Of a stretch of 54,248 bases of DNA, positions 27,985-40,835 are shown piece after piece. The notes below the pieces were generated by a model. The model saw nothing but the letters and a program-made list of their open reading frames with translations, ran no database searches and was not told where the DNA came from. Location: the NCBI GenBank assembly GCA_944392325.1, contig CALXWI010000002.1, positions 1-54,248 on the forward strand, written 5' to 3'. The stretch is from an uncultured Alphaproteobacteria bacterium (GTDB lineage Bacteria; Pseudomonadota; Alphaproteobacteria; RF32; CAG-239). Made by a program: the position numbers and the translations under genes. The stretch's first letter is position 1. Each line of letters opens with the position of its first letter.

Positions 27985-28029
27985 TTGACATTTGTACCAA
28001 CTCATTATACATACACTCTCGAATGTATA
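27985..28029 (+). promoter_or_regulatory. Promoter candidate with overlapping inverted repeat (putative TetR operator)
   Basis: TTGACA (27985-27990), 17 nt, TACATA (28008-28013). Inverted repeat TATACAT (28006-28012) / ATGTATA (28023-28029) lies just upstream of tetR ATG 28053. Confidence 0.4.
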
Positions 28030-28052
28030 TATAAAGGACAAGAAGAACTACA

Positions 28053-28670
28053 ATGGCCAGACGCACCAAAGAAGAAGCTGAAGAGACCAAAAAAGCCATC
28101 TGCTTAGCTGCTTTGGATATCTTCTGTGAGAAAGGTTATTCTCGCACCACCTTTGATGAAATCGCCAAACGAATAAACCTTACCAAAGGGGCCATCTATT
28201 GGCATTTTCGCAACAAGGCTGATATCTTAACCGAAATCATACGTAAAGGATTCACAATTTCTCAATCCCTATTAAGCGTAAACATTTCGCAAGTTAACAG
28301 CATCTACGATTTCAAAGAACATATATTAAGTGAAGTCAAACTTATCCAAGAGAACAAAATTTACAAAAAATTCCTCTTTTTTGTAATTTTTCAAATGGAA
28401 TGGTCGGAGGCGATTCTCAATAAAGTTGGCAGCGAAATCAAAGACATCATTCAAGCCAATGAAGAAATACTCAAAACGGCACTCCGCAAATCACAAGAAA
28501 GTGGAGAAATCTCCTCTTCTGTTAATATTGAAGAACTATCTTGGCTATTGGCCTGCATGCATCAGGGAATGATAAAAAACATCATTTCCAACAACTATCA
28601 AGGAGATGCATCACACTTAGTTTCTACAGGTTTTGATTTAATAATCAAAGGTTCGCAAATGAAAGGTTAA
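28053..28670 (+). CDS. TetR/AcrR family transcriptional regulator
   Basis: N-terminal HTH: AALDIFCEKGYSRTTFDEIAKRINLTKGAIYWHFRNK. Confidence 0.9.
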   Translation: MARRTKEEAEETKKAICLAALDIFCEKGYSRTTFDEIAKRINLTKGAIYWHFRNKADILTEIIRKGFTISQSLLSVNISQVNSIYDFKEHILSEVKLIQENKIYKKFLFFVIFQMEWSEAILNKVGSEIKDIIQANEEILKTALRKSQESGEISSSVNIEELSWLLACMHQGMIKNIISNNYQGDASHLVSTGFDLIIKGSQMKG

Positions 28671-28676
28671 ATAACA

Positions 28677-30014
28677 ATGAAATTAGGAACAGTAAGTAAT
28701 CGCAAAATATTAAAACAAACCACTTTGCTATTGCTGTGCGGCGTAGCTGGTTGGTACTTAAAAGGCAAGCTCACCCCTTCGGTTCCCATGGGCGCCGGCA
28801 GCGGAGGCGAAACTTATGTTTTAACTCAAGGGCTTGAAGTAGCCGATATCAGCAGCAAACACAGCTACATCGGCCACGTTGAAGCCATCAAGAGCGTCAA
28901 CTTGATTCCGCAAGTTTCAGGTTATGTAGAAAAAGTTCTGTTCCAAGAAGGTAGCTATGTACAAGAAGGCGACATCCTCTTTATTATTGAACAAAAACGC
29001 TACCTCGCTAATGTCGAATTACGCAAAGCAGAGCTTGAAAGCGCCAAAGCCAACCTCGTTCGCGCAGAAAGAGACTTCAAACGTCAAGCCCAATTGTCTA
29101 AACAAAACTACGCCTCCAAAGCTACCTTTGATACCGCCGAAAGCACTTATCTGCAAGCCAAAGCCGCCGTATCACAGGCTGAAGCCAACCTCGATTTAGC
29201 TGAAATCGACCTCGGTTATACCGAAATCAAAGCTCCAATTTCAGGCTTCATCGGCAAAGCTCTGGTAACTGAAGGCAACTACGTCAGCTCTTCAGCACAA
29301 AACTTGGCCCGTATCGTCCAAACCAACCCGATTCGTGTAGCTTTTTCAGTTTCTGATAAGGAGTACTTAAACTCTAAACTCTTTAGTCAACAAAACGGCG
29401 AGAATGCTATTCGTAGTGAAATTGTTTTGCCTAATGGTAAGGTTATAGAAAATCACTTCCAATCACGCTTTACCGATAACGAAATCAACTCCGATACAGC
29501 TACCATCGCCATCTATGCCGAGTATAAAAATGATGAAAATCTGCTTATCCCCGGCAACTATGTAGACATCAAAATCGGCCCCAAAGAGTCGCAAGAAGCC
29601 TTGCTGGTTCCGCAGTCAGCCATTGCACAGGATGAGCACGGCAACTACGTAATGGTAGTCAAAGACAACATCGCCGAACAACGTCGTGTTACTTTAGGAG
29701 ATACAATCGGCACCAAACAAGTTGTCAAATCAGGTTTGACCGCCGATGACAAAGTAATCATCCAAGGCTTGCAAAAAGTCACTAACGGTACTCGTGTTAA
29801 AGCCGAACTCATCAAAAACGACAACGAAATCAATGACAACAAAATCTCCAACACCACAAAGGTTGAAGACAGTCACCCGGTAGCACAAGCTTTGCAAGCT
29901 CCGCAAGTTGATATCAACTCACCAATACTCAACCAAGCAGAAACCGCATCTCAACCATCCACAACAACATCAGATGACGAGACATTTTCTGTTGTTATTG
30001 AGGAGGAAGAATAG
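28677..30014 (+). CDS. RND efflux periplasmic adaptor (membrane fusion protein)
   Basis: Lipoyl and hairpin motifs (VSGYVEKVLFQEGSYVQEGDILFIIE, coiled-coil AKANLVRAERDFKR, TEIKAPISGFIGK). Unusual acidic/Thr-rich C-terminal tail. Confidence 0.9.
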   Translation: MKLGTVSNRKILKQTTLLLLCGVAGWYLKGKLTPSVPMGAGSGGETYVLTQGLEVADISSKHSYIGHVEAIKSVNLIPQVSGYVEKVLFQEGSYVQEGDILFIIEQKRYLANVELRKAELESAKANLVRAERDFKRQAQLSKQNYASKATFDTAESTYLQAKAAVSQAEANLDLAEIDLGYTEIKAPISGFIGKALVTEGNYVSSSAQNLARIVQTNPIRVAFSVSDKEYLNSKLFSQQNGENAIRSEIVLPNGKVIENHFQSRFTDNEINSDTATIAIYAEYKNDENLLIPGNYVDIKIGPKESQEALLVPQSAIAQDEHGNYVMVVKDNIAEQRRVTLGDTIGTKQVVKSGLTADDKVIIQGLQKVTNGTRVKAELIKNDNEINDNKISNTTKVEDSHPVAQALQAPQVDINSPILNQAETASQPSTTTSDDETFSVVIEEEE

Positions 30015-30017
30015 TCC

Positions 30018-33000
30018 ATGTTTTCTCGTATTTTTATTGAACGCCCGCGCTTTGCGATGGTTATCTCCATCGTTTTGACCTTGGCGGGCATCATCTCTAT
30101 TTTTTCACTTCCGATATCCCTATATCCGGAAATTACCCCTCCTATGGTTACCGTATCAGCCAACTACCCAGGCGCCAGTGCTGAGGTTTTGGCCAAGACC
30201 GTTGGTATCCCGATTGAGCAAGAAATCAACGGTGTTGAAAATATGTTATACATGGATTCTTCATCTCAAAATGACGGTTCTTACTCTCTTTCCGTAAGTT
30301 TTGAAGTCGGTACCGATCCGGATATGGCTCAAGTTAAAGTCCAAAACCGTGTTCAACAAGCCACACCAAAACTTCCGCAAGAAGTTCAACGTCAAGGTAT
30401 TAGCGTCAAACGTCGTTCATCTGATATTTTGGGCTTTTTGAGTGCCCGCTCACCTAAGGGAACTCACAATACTCAATTTTTGAGTAACTATGTTCAAAAC
30501 AACATCAAAGACAATCTTGCTCGTGTCAATGGTGTTGGTGAAGTCAGCGTTCACGCTCCGGCGCTGAGTATGCGTGTTTGGTTAAACGCCAACAAACTCA
30601 GCGCGCTCAACTTACCGGTGTCCAGCGTCATCAGCGCAATTGAAGGCCAAAACTATCAACCTTCTTTAGGTAGTGTAGGCGCCATGCCCGGAGACGGCGA
30701 CCAACAAATGGTCTATACCCTGCAAACCCAAGGCCGTATTAATGAAGCTGAAGAATTTGGCAATATTATCGTTCGTACAGCAGAAGACGGCGGCCTTGTC
30801 AAATTAAAAGATGTCGCCAAGGTTGAAATTGGAACTGAAAGTTATAACGTTGAATCCACACTTGACGGCAGCCCGTCCGTATCAATCGCCTTAAACCTTC
30901 TTTCCGGCGCTAACGCTCTTGATACGATGAAAGCCGTCAAAGCCGAACTCGCCCGCCTTGAAAAACTCTACCCTGAAGATTTCCAGATTGATATTACCTA
31001 CGACGCAACCTTGTACATTGAGTCCTCTATTGAAGAAGTTATCTTCACTTTGGTCTTAACCTTTGCCTTGGTTATCGCAGTATGTTATATCTTTCTGCAA
31101 GACTGGCGAGCCACTTTGATTCCATCACTAACCATTCCGGTATCATTATTTGCTACCTTTGCCGTTATGTTAGCCTTGGGTTATAGCATCAACTTGCTAA
31201 CCCTGTTTGGTCTGGTATTGGCCATTGGTTTGGTGGTTGATGATGCTATCGTTGTGGTTGAACGTGTTTTGTATTTGATGGAGACAGAAAAACTATCACC
31301 AAAAGAAGCTACCATCAAAGCGATGGAACAAGTATCCAGCGCGGTTATCGCCACCACTCTTGTATTGCTGGCTATTTTCGTTCCGGTTGGCTTTATGGGC
31401 GGTATTACCGGTAAAATTTATCAACAATTTGCGATTACCATTTCCACCGCCGTAGCCTTTTCAGCCATCAATGCATTGACATTGTCTCCGGCTTTGTGCG
31501 CAACCCTGCTCCGTCCTTTAAAAGAGGTCAAATCAGGTCCCTTGCATTGGTTTAACGTCGGACTTAACAAGACCCGTAACCGTTACATTGCAATTATTGC
31601 CATTGTTGCACGTAAAGTCAGCGTTATTGCCTTAATCTTAGGGTTATTGGTTGCCGGTAACGTAGCCTTTTTGAAGATGAGCCAATCCTCCTTCATTCCC
31701 AATGAAGACCAAGGTGTTATTTTGGCCAACTTCCAACTTCCTGAAGGTGCATCTTTGGAGCGTACTCGTAATCTGATAAAAGAGCTCTATCCGGTTATGA
31801 AGAATGAAGAAGGCGTCAACAACGTCATGAGCATTATCGGTTATAGTTTGATTGGTGGTGCCGGTGAAAACGTAGCCTTCTCGGTTATTACCCTCAAACC
31901 CTGGAACGAGCGCAAAGACGATGCTCTATATTCCACCAATATCTTAAACCGCATTATGGAAAAGATTAAAAACACACCGGAAGCCTCAATTAATATGTTT
32001 GAATTTCCGGCTATTCCTGGTTTAGGAGCCAGCGGTGGTATGGACTACCGCCTGCAATCATTGGATAGTTCAGATTCCAACGAACTTTACAGCACGATGC
32101 AAGGTTTCTTAGGCAAGCTGAACAGCTCTCGTGATATTATTTCTTATGCATATTCAACTTTCACCTCTCAAACTCCGCATATTAATATCGAGATTGAGAA
32201 AGAAAAAGCTGAAAGCATGGGCATTGCGATTGGCGATATCTATACCATTTTGCAAAACTATTTGGGTTCGACCTACGTCAACGACGTCAACTTTGGTACC
32301 CAAGTAAACAAAGTAATTATCCAATCTGACTGGCCATACCGTAAAGATGCCGATTCTATTAAGAACCTCTACGTCCAAAACAAAAACGGCGATATGGTTC
32401 CGTTAGGCTCGGTCATCAAATTGACTCAAGTTTTAGCTCCCCGTACGGTAGAACGCTACAACCAATATCCGGCCGCCACCATTACCGCAGTACAAAACCA
32501 AAATATCAGTACTGGTGAGGCTATGGCCGGCATTGAGAAGTTGTCAGAATCTCTGCCTAAAGGCTACAGCTATGAGTGGTCTGGCATGAGCTACCAAGAA
32601 AGAACGACACAAGGACAAATTGGCTACTTGATTGCCTTAGCCATCACCTTTGGCTACCTGTTCTTGGTTGCCCAATATGAAAGCTGGGCAGTACCTATTC
32701 CGGTATTAACCTCCATTACGGTTGCCATGTTAGGCGCTTTGGCTGGGTTATTTGTTGCCGGCATGCCGCTCAGTATTTATGCTCAGTTGGGTCTGATATT
32801 GCTTGTCGGCTTAGCCAGCAAGAACGCTATTTTGATTGTTGAGTTCTCTAAAGAAGAACGCGAAAGAGGCTCAACGATTGTCAAAGCAGCTTTAACCGGC
32901 ACTAAGGAACGTTTCCGCGCCGTATTGATGACCGCCTTCACCTTTATTTTGGGTGTATGGCCGATGATTATCGCAACCGGTGCCGGCGCAGCCAGCCGTA

Positions 33001-33134
33001 TAGCCATCGGTGTACCGGTATTCTACGGAATGTTGCTTGGTACAGCCGGCGGTCTGTTGATTATTCCGTTGCTTTATGTCTTGTTTGAAACCCTGAGAGA
33101 GAAAGTCTCCGGCCGCAAGAAGAAAGCCGAATAA
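30018..33134 (+). CDS. RND multidrug efflux permease (AcrB/HAE1-like)
   Basis: [41 protein letters not shown], 12-TM architecture, 1038 aa. Confidence 0.93.
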   Translation: MFSRIFIERPRFAMVISIVLTLAGIISIFSLPISLYPEITPPMVTVSANYPGASAEVLAKTVGIPIEQEINGVENMLYMDSSSQNDGSYSLSVSFEVGTDPDMAQVKVQNRVQQATPKLPQEVQRQGISVKRRSSDILGFLSARSPKGTHNTQFLSNYVQNNIKDNLARVNGVGEVSVHAPALSMRVWLNANKLSALNLPVSSVISAIEGQNYQPSLGSVGAMPGDGDQQMVYTLQTQGRINEAEEFGNIIVRTAEDGGLVKLKDVAKVEIGTESYNVESTLDGSPSVSIALNLLSGANALDTMKAVKAELARLEKLYPEDFQIDITYDATLYIESSIEEVIFTLVLTFALVIAVCYIFLQDWRATLIPSLTIPVSLFATFAVMLALGYSINLLTLFGLVLAIGLVVDDAIVVVERVLYLMETEKLSPKEATIKAMEQVSSAVIATTLVLLAIFVPVGFMGGITGKIYQQFAITISTAVAFSAINALTLSPALCATLLRPLKEVKSGPLHWFNVGLNKTRNRYIAIIAIVARKVSVIALILGLLVAGNVAFLKMSQSSFIPNEDQGVILANFQLPEGASLERTRNLIKELYPVMKNEEGVNNVMSIIGYSLIGGAGENVAFSVITLKPWNERKDDALYSTNILNRIMEKIKNTPEASINMFEFPAIPGLGASGGMDYRLQSLDSSDSNELYSTMQGFLGKLNSSRDIISYAYSTFTSQTPHINIEIEKEKAESMGIAIGDIYTILQNYLGSTYVNDVNFGTQVNKVIIQSDWPYRKDADSIKNLYVQNKNGDMVPLGSVIKLTQVLAPRTVERYNQYPAATITAVQNQNISTGEAMAGIEKLSESLPKGYSYEWSGMSYQERTTQGQIGYLIALAITFGYLFLVAQYESWAVPIPVLTSITVAMLGALAGLFVAGMPLSIYAQLGLILLVGLASKNAILIVEFSKEERERGSTIVKAALTGTKERFRAVLMTAFTFILGVWPMIIATGAGAASRIAIGVPVFYGMLLGTAGGLLIIPLLYVLFETLREKVSGRKKKAE

Positions 33135-33151
33135 CCTTAAATCAAGAAACA

Positions 33152-33184
33152 CCCCTTTGCTTATTGGCAAAGGGGTTTTCTTTT
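33152..33184. terminator. Bidirectional rho-independent terminator (RND operon and fmt converge)
   Basis: CCCCTTTGC (33152-33160) pairs with GCAAAGGGG (33167-33175), followed by TTTTCTTTT. Confidence 0.7.
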
Positions 33185-33195
33185 ATTAACATTAT

Positions 33196-34116
33196 TTATA
33201 AACTACCAGAACAAATCCGCTTAAGTGGCTCACGTAGTCCAAGGAGGAACTCCGCAATCGGCATAGGCTTTTTCCCTTGTCGTTGGATTAACAAGATTTC
33301 CAAAGCCTTGTCGGCACAAGCAATAATCAGCTGTTTGTCTTGCTCCAAAATTTCCCCCGGAGCACCGTGCCTATCAACCACTCTGGCAGCAAATACCTTA
33401 AAGCGCTCGCCGTCTTGCTCAAAAAACATCGCCGGATACGGATTAAACGCTCTGATTTTGCGCTCCAAAACTTCTGCCGACTGATTAAAATCAATCAGCG
33501 CTTCCGCCTTATCCAGCTTAGCCGCATAACAAGACAACGCATCATCTTGCTTTTGCGGAGTAATTGCCGCCAGATTAGCCAACACCTTCACAATCAACTC
33601 TGCCCCCAAAGCGGCCAAAGCATCATGCAAACTTCCGCCGGTAGTCTGCGCATCAATGGCAACTTTGCCCTTCATCAACATATCGCCGGTATCCAAGCCT
33701 TCAGCCATCTGCATAACCGTCACACCGCTCTCGGCATCACCGGCCTCAATCGCACGCTGAATTGGCGCCGCCCCCCGCCACCTTGGCAACAAAGAGGCAT
33801 GAATATTAATACACCCATGAGGGAAAGCTTCCAGCACCGGCTTGGGCAAAATCAAACCATAAGCCGCAACCACGGCCACATCGGCTTTAAGCGCCGCAAA
33901 CTTAGCTTGTTCTTCCTCATTGCGCAGTGTTTTAGGCGTCCGCACTTCAATCCCCATCTGTTCTGCGACCAGATGTACCGGTGTCTTTTTGAGCTGATGC
34001 CCACGCCCGGCCTCCCGCGGTGGCTGAGTATACACACACACCACCTCATGCTCTTTGGCCAAATTTTGCAACGCCTGCACGGCGAAATCCGGCGTTCCCA
34101 TAAACACGACTTTCAT
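33196..34116 (-). CDS. fmt: Methionyl-tRNA formyltransferase
   Basis: MKVVFMGTPDFAVQAL, INIHASLLPRWRGAAPIQRAI, RBS AAAGGAGG upstream. Confidence 0.93.
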   Translation of the reverse strand: MKVVFMGTPDFAVQALQNLAKEHEVVCVYTQPPREAGRGHQLKKTPVHLVAEQMGIEVRTPKTLRNEEEQAKFAALKADVAVVAAYGLILPKPVLEAFPHGCINIHASLLPRWRGAAPIQRAIEAGDAESGVTVMQMAEGLDTGDMLMKGKVAIDAQTTGGSLHDALAALGAELIVKVLANLAAITPQKQDDALSCYAAKLDKAEALIDFNQSAEVLERKIRAFNPYPAMFFEQDGERFKVFAARVVDRHGAPGEILEQDKQLIIACADKALEILLIQRQGKKPMPIAEFLLGLREPLKRICSGSL

Positions 34117-34208
34117 AAACAGCCTCCTTTACTCAATTTTCTTTACCGGCATATTATCTGATTTAATAAAATAAGCAAGCGCAAACCTCGTAATTTGACA
34201 AAAAAAAC

Positions 34209-34237
34209 TTGCCTTTTTCCCTCAAAACCACTATAAT
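34209..34237 (+). promoter_or_regulatory. Sigma70-like promoter candidate for the 680-aa orphan gene
   Basis: TTGCCT (34209-34214), 17 nt, perfect TATAAT (34232-34237). RBS AGAGGAGG precedes ATG 34262. Confidence 0.45.
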
Positions 34238-34261
34238 CAAAACCATAAAGAGGAGGCTATT

Positions 34262-36304
34262 ATGCAAATTATCAAAATTGAAGATGAATACTTTGCCGTC
34301 AAGTCCGGCGTCACCTTATCTGCCGCCGAGATTCAAAAATACCAAGCTCTAGGCAAACCTGACCTTAGTTCAATGTCTTCAGAGAATTATCCTGACATTG
34401 ACTTTCCTGCCTCCCGCAACATCCGTGACAGCCTGTTTCATGATAAAGTTCCGGAAAAAGCTCCTTTGCAAAACGAGCTCTCTGACAATACCGAAGTCTT
34501 GCGTAGTATTTCAAATCAAGGCACTAAAGACGGCTATGTTTATGTACATGCCGACTATGAAATCCACGATAAAGAAGTTCCTAACGGGCTCAAAAACCGC
34601 GGTCTGCACCTCAATCGCACTATGGAATATTACCGCCTCAACTATGATGATAAAGCCCAAAAATATATTCTGACTGACCTCGACAATCAACCCGCCAAAC
34701 TCAATACCACTCGTGCTTTTACCTCCGCCCATAAAGGCGAAATTACCCTTGTTGATAAATTCATTGGCCTCAGTGAAAGTGACCTCCATTTGGTCGGACA
34801 AATCCATGCCGCTATCCTTGCCCTCAAGACCCCTGCCGAACGCGGTGATTACTTCGACCAACTTCCGCCCAAAGAAAAATCTCTGTATAGCGAGTATTTT
34901 TACTTCAAAAACCACTACCTTGATATTGGGCAAAAGCACTATTCCATAGCCCACGAATGCCGCCACGTCCTCAACTGGATAAACCTCACCCGCCGCCGCC
35001 AAGATACCGCTTCCGGCGCCATAAGCATTGACAACCACTTACGCCTGCTTGAAAATGATGAAAAATCCGCCCATCTGGCTGAAACCCTGCTCGGCGTCAA
35101 ACGCTTTTATACCAAAAACCGCGACTTTCGCGTTTTTCCGAGCAAATGCCAATGGCTGGTTAAAGAGCTTAAAAAGCTTCCCCCTGATGAAGTCGACGCC
35201 AAGCTCCAAGATATGAGCTATATTGTCAACGGCACCCTCCGCAATTGGGATAAAAACTACGCCAAAGGCTACCGCGGCAAAGGCGGCCAATTTGAACAGC
35301 AACTGCTCAATCTGGCTTGGAACTATCCTCCTTACCAAATCGGTGATGATGCAGCTGAATACTTAGCCCAACGCTCCCTACTGTTTACTTTTGAGGTTTA
35401 CAACCCTCAAACCCAAAAGAGCGAAATCAAAGACTTATCCGCATTTATTCAACAAGATGTTGATGTTTCCAAGCAACAGCGCACCATACAAAATGCCGCC
35501 AAAATCATCAACCAACGCCGGCAACAACTCGCCAAAAAGGGAATAACCGCCGACATCTGTGCCCAAATGCAGCAAGGCTCGCTGCCTGATAATTATACTA
35601 CTCAAGAGCCTGCTCCTCAGCCGCAACAACAACAGCAGGCGTCCCAACAGCAACCCCAGCCTCAAGCCAAGCCTAAAGACAATAAGCTCACTCTTGACCA
35701 ACAAATTTCCCCCTCGCCTCAGCCCCAAAACTCCGGCGATGATATCGACGACGATTTCAAAACCCCATACCGTCGTTTTTATCAGCAAAAAGCTAAACAA
35801 GAAGGCTCCGTTTATACCGAAGATACCGCTAATCCCGATTTTAATGCCACTCTGGAGCGCGCAAACGGTGAGGAGCTGTCCATTACCGCCACCAAAGACA
35901 ATCACGCTTCCTTGAGCGCTAAAAGCGCCTCTAAGCAGTCCAAGATTCCTGACTATGCTGATTTTGATGATTTAGTTAAGTTTGCCGTCGCCCAAGGCAA
36001 AAATATTCGTTTCGGCAACATCAAAACCCCCGAATACAAAGCCCGCTTGCTGCTGGCCTGCCTTGCCAACCAAATCAACGCCAAGGACTTCCCCTCTTTC
36101 AAAGAGCTGCAAGACATCGAGCCTGAAACCCGCCGCCGCTTAATGCACTATAAATCGCAGTACCTAAAGCTCCAAAAAACTAATTCTCAGCCCGATACTC
36201 CGTCTGACCAGCATTCTGATACCCCAAAACCTAAACCCCGACAAAATCCTCGCCAACGGCGCCGGTTTAATCCTCGCTATCAACAGCAACAGAACACTCT
36301 TTAG
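34262..36304 (+). CDS. Hypothetical 680-aa protein with HExxH motif and Gln/Pro-rich region
   Basis: Long ORF with a strong RBS and promoter. No signal peptide or TM. IAHECRHVLN (HExxH), PQPQQQQQASQQQPQPQAKP low-complexity tract, basic C-terminus KPKPRQNPRQRRRFNPRY. No family recognised. Confidence 0.7.
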   Translation: MQIIKIEDEYFAVKSGVTLSAAEIQKYQALGKPDLSSMSSENYPDIDFPASRNIRDSLFHDKVPEKAPLQNELSDNTEVLRSISNQGTKDGYVYVHADYEIHDKEVPNGLKNRGLHLNRTMEYYRLNYDDKAQKYILTDLDNQPAKLNTTRAFTSAHKGEITLVDKFIGLSESDLHLVGQIHAAILALKTPAERGDYFDQLPPKEKSLYSEYFYFKNHYLDIGQKHYSIAHECRHVLNWINLTRRRQDTASGAISIDNHLRLLENDEKSAHLAETLLGVKRFYTKNRDFRVFPSKCQWLVKELKKLPPDEVDAKLQDMSYIVNGTLRNWDKNYAKGYRGKGGQFEQQLLNLAWNYPPYQIGDDAAEYLAQRSLLFTFEVYNPQTQKSEIKDLSAFIQQDVDVSKQQRTIQNAAKIINQRRQQLAKKGITADICAQMQQGSLPDNYTTQEPAPQPQQQQQASQQQPQPQAKPKDNKLTLDQQISPSPQPQNSGDDIDDDFKTPYRRFYQQKAKQEGSVYTEDTANPDFNATLERANGEELSITATKDNHASLSAKSASKQSKIPDYADFDDLVKFAVAQGKNIRFGNIKTPEYKARLLLACLANQINAKDFPSFKELQDIEPETRRRLMHYKSQYLKLQKTNSQPDTPSDQHSDTPKPKPRQNPRQRRRFNPRYQQQQNTL

Positions 36305-36335
36305 ATATTAAGAAAGGGGCTGCAAAAACAGCCTC

Positions 36336-36728
36336 TTACTCCCTCAACAAAACTTTTACTTTTCCGAACATTTCCAATTCATCCAGCAAAGTCTGATAAT
36401 AGTCTTTATCTTCTTGCGTTTTGGCATTTTCCAAAGCCTGACGAACCTTAGCTATATCAAGACCATCATACTCTTCCATTCTTGGCGAAACAATCTGGCA
36501 GACATCAGCCGCCGCATTCATTACCCCGCCTTGCACGAAATATCTGGAAGTTACACGGTTATCTTGACTCAACAGCTTAACTTGTCCGTTTCTCAGCAAT
36601 AATGATAAAGGAGCGCGGCTGGGCAAAACCGTCAAATCACCTTTCATCGCCGGCACCACAATTTTATCAGCTTTTACCTCGGCAAAAACTCTGCTCGGAG
36701 ATGATATTTTTAACGTAACCTCAGCCAT
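36336..36728 (-). CDS. atpC: F1 ATP synthase epsilon subunit
   Basis: 130 aa; position after atpD. LKISSPSRVFAEVKADKIVVPAMKGDLTVLPSRAPL. Confidence 0.88.
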   Translation of the reverse strand: MAEVTLKISSPSRVFAEVKADKIVVPAMKGDLTVLPSRAPLSLLLRNGQVKLLSQDNRVTSRYFVQGGVMNAAADVCQIVSPRMEEYDGLDIAKVRQALENAKTQEDKDYYQTLLDELEMFGKVKVLLRE

Positions 36729-36742
36729 CGTTCCCTCTTCAA

Positions 36743-38314
<1,572 letters not shown>

Positions 38315-38351
38315 TTATTCGAGAGTTTTCTCGCCCAATGCAAATCAGCAA

Positions 38352-39275
38352 CTAAATTGCTTCCGCACCGGAAATAATCTCAGTCAACTCGGTTGTAATC
38401 GCCGACTGACGCAAACCATTATAACGCAGCGTCAATTTAGAAATCATCTCTGCAGCATTTCTGGTTGCATTATCCATAGATGCCATTCTGGCGCCCTGCT
38501 CTGAAGCCTGAGCCTGCACAAAAGCATCAAACATCATCGCTTTCACAATCATCAGCAACAAGGCCTCCAGCATCTCCATTTTATCCGGTTCATAATCATA
38601 AAAAGCATTATTCACCTGATTAACCGGTTCAGCCAAGTTTTCGGCATCATTAGCTACCATCAAATTAATCGGCAACAACTGGCGAGATGCTGTTTCACGA
38701 CTGATTGCCGACCTAAAAGTACTGCTGACAATTTCTACCTTGTCGACCATACCTTTTTCAAACTCATCAAGCACCGGCATAACCACATCCAAAGCCTCAT
38801 AAAAATCAGCTCCTTTGCGTGCCATACCTTCATAGCTATTAACAATGAGTTCGGCATAACGATGTTTAATAATCTCTCTGGCTTTTTTGCCAACACACAC
38901 CAAGCGCACGTTTTTGCCCTGTTGGAGCAACTCCGCCACTCTGGCCTGAGCAGCTTTGGCCACATTGGCATTATAACTTCCGCACAGCCCTTTATCTGAT
39001 GATATCACCAACAACAAATAATTCTCATCTTTACCATTGCCGGTCATAATCTTCGGATAATTAAGAGCCACGCCTTTAAGTTTTTCCTCATATTGCAAAT
39101 CAAGAGCAACGCGGCGGGCGGCAAGCAACAAAGAGTCTTTATATACGGCACTTTTGTTGATTGCGCCCTGCGCCCGACGTAAACCGGCGGCAGCAACCAT
39201 CTTCATCGCTGAAGTAATTTTTTTGGTTGACTTAATTGCCTCAATACGAGTTCTTAACTCTTTTAATCCGGCCAT
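38352..39275 (-). CDS. atpG: F1 ATP synthase gamma subunit
   Basis: MAGLKELRTRIEAIKSTKKITSAMKMVAAA...ITTELTEIISGAEAI. Confidence 0.93.
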   Translation of the reverse strand: MAGLKELRTRIEAIKSTKKITSAMKMVAAAGLRRAQGAINKSAVYKDSLLLAARRVALDLQYEEKLKGVALNYPKIMTGNGKDENYLLLVISSDKGLCGSYNANVAKAAQARVAELLQQGKNVRLVCVGKKAREIIKHRYAELIVNSYEGMARKGADFYEALDVVMPVLDEFEKGMVDKVEIVSSTFRSAISRETASRQLLPINLMVANDAENLAEPVNQVNNAFYDYEPDKMEMLEALLLMIVKAMMFDAFVQAQASEQGARMASMDNATRNAAEMISKLTLRYNGLRQSAITTELTEIISGAEAI

Positions 39276-39284
39276 AATTCATCC

Positions 39285-40835
39285 TTACGCTGCTTTTGCT
39301 TCACCAACATAATCCGATGTAAACTTTTCCATAAAGTCTGACATCTTCTTATCCAACTCTTCAGAAATCACATGAGTATTGCGGATTTCCTCCAAGAACT
39401 CCGGATAATCAGCCTTTACCTCGGTCAAGAGCTTAGCCTCAAACGGCTTAACCTCACTAACCTTAACTCGGTCCAAATATCCTCTTACACCGGCAAAGAT
39501 AGAAATTACCTGCTCTTCGACCGGCATTGGGTGATAAACTGGCTGTTTCAACAACTCGGTCAATCGCTCACCTCTTGACAACAACTGCTTGGTAGCCGGA
39601 TCCAAATCCGAAGCAAACTGAGCAAATGCTGCCATTTCACGATATTGCGCCAAATCGAGTTTGATTTTTCCAGCCACTTGTTTCATCGCCTTAATCTGCG
39701 CGGCAGACCCCACACGACTAACTGAGATACCGACATTAACCGCCGGACGAATTCCCTGATAGAACAAAGCGCTCTCCAAGAAGATCTGCCCATCCGTAAT
39801 TGAAATTACATTCGTCGGAATATAAGCCGATACGTCACCGGCCTGAGTCTCAATCACCGGCAAAGCGGTCAAAGATCCGGCTCCGTTTTCATCACTCATT
39901 TTAGCCGCACGTTCCAGCAAACGAGAGTGCAAATAGAACACATCACCCGGATAAGCTTCACGCCCAGGCGGACGACGGAGCAACAAAGACATCTGACGAT
40001 AAGCCGTAGCTTGCTTAGATAAGTCATCATAAAAGATGGTCGCATGCATTCCGTTATCACGGAAGAACTCACCCATCGCACAACCAGAATACGGAGCAAT
40101 AAACTGCATTGGTGCCGGATCAGACGCGGTAGCTGCTACCACGATAGTATAATCCAAAGCTCCATAATCTTTCAGGGTTTTAACTACTTGAGCCACCGTA
40201 GAACGTTTTTGCCCAATAGCTACATAGATGCAATACATCTTTTCCTTTTCGGACTTAGCGGCATCATTTACGGCTTTCTGGTTAATGATGGTATCCAAAA
40301 TAATGGCGGTTTTACCTGTTTGGCGGTCACCGATAATCAGCTCACGTTGCCCTCTTCCGATTGGGATAAGCGAGTCTACGATTTTCAATCCTGTCTGTAC
40401 CGGCTCATGCACACTCTTACGAGCAATAATACCCGGAGCTTTAATCTCAGAGGTGCTGAACTGCTTAGCCTTAATCGGGCCTTTGCCGTCTATCGACTCG
40501 CCCAAAGCATCGACCACGCGGCCGAGCAATTCTTTACCGACCGGCACGCTCACAATTTTATCTGTGCGTTTAACCGTATCACCTTCTTTGATAAACTCGT
40601 CCGAGCCGAAAATAACGACACCGACATTATCTTCCTCCAAGTTGAGCGCCATACCCTTCACGCCGGATTCAAATTCCACCATTTCATTGGCTTGCACTTT
40701 GTTCAATCCGTAGACACGGGCAATACCGTCGCCCACCGACAAAACCTGTCCAACCTCAGAAACGTCTAAATCGACATCTGAGTTGGCAATTTTGTCTTTG
40801 ATAATGGAAGATATTTCACTAGCAGCAACAGACAT
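39285..40835 (-). CDS. atpA: F1 ATP synthase alpha subunit
   Basis: [10 protein letters not shown] Walker [22 protein letters not shown]. Confidence 0.96.
   Translation of the reverse strand: MSVAASEISSIIKDKIANSDVDLDVSEVGQVLSVGDGIARVYGLNKVQANEMVEFESGVKGMALNLEEDNVGVVIFGSDEFIKEGDTVKRTDKIVSVPVGKELLGRVVDALGESIDGKGPIKAKQFSTSEIKAPGIIARKSVHEPVQTGLKIVDSLIPIGRGQRELIIGDRQTGKTAIILDTIINQKAVNDAAKSEKEKMYCIYVAIGQKRSTVAQVVKTLKDYGALDYTIVVAATASDPAPMQFIAPYSGCAMGEFFRDNGMHATIFYDDLSKQATAYRQMSLLLRRPPGREAYPGDVFYLHSRLLERAAKMSDENGAGSLTALPVIETQAGDVSAYIPTNVISITDGQIFLESALFYQGIRPAVNVGISVSRVGSAAQIKAMKQVAGKIKLDLAQYREMAAFAQFASDLDPATKQLLSRGERLTELLKQPVYHPMPVEEQVISIFAGVRGYLDRVKVSEVKPFEAKLLTEVKADYPEFLEEIRNTHVISEELDKKMSDFMEKFTSDYVGEAKAA

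Noticed and set aside
33196-34116. fmt is not adjacent to def, which lies at 54078 onward about 20 kb away, although def-fmt is a common operon.
   Set aside because: This is a real observation, but uncoupling of def and fmt occurs in many genomes. No functional implication can be drawn here.
33340-34161. 273-aa ORF antisense to fmt. Similar long antisense ORFs lie over atpA (40044..40769, 40228..40713), fabZ/lpxD (41890..42576), bamA (44814..45341, 44209..44580), rseP (45375..45818, 46147..46524), atpD (37817..38212), the orphan gene (34511..35038, 35435..35905), pyrH (48832..49293) and pgm (17886..18329).
   Set aside because: The opposite strand encodes unmistakable conserved proteins. The antisense translations are low-complexity and lack motifs or RBS.
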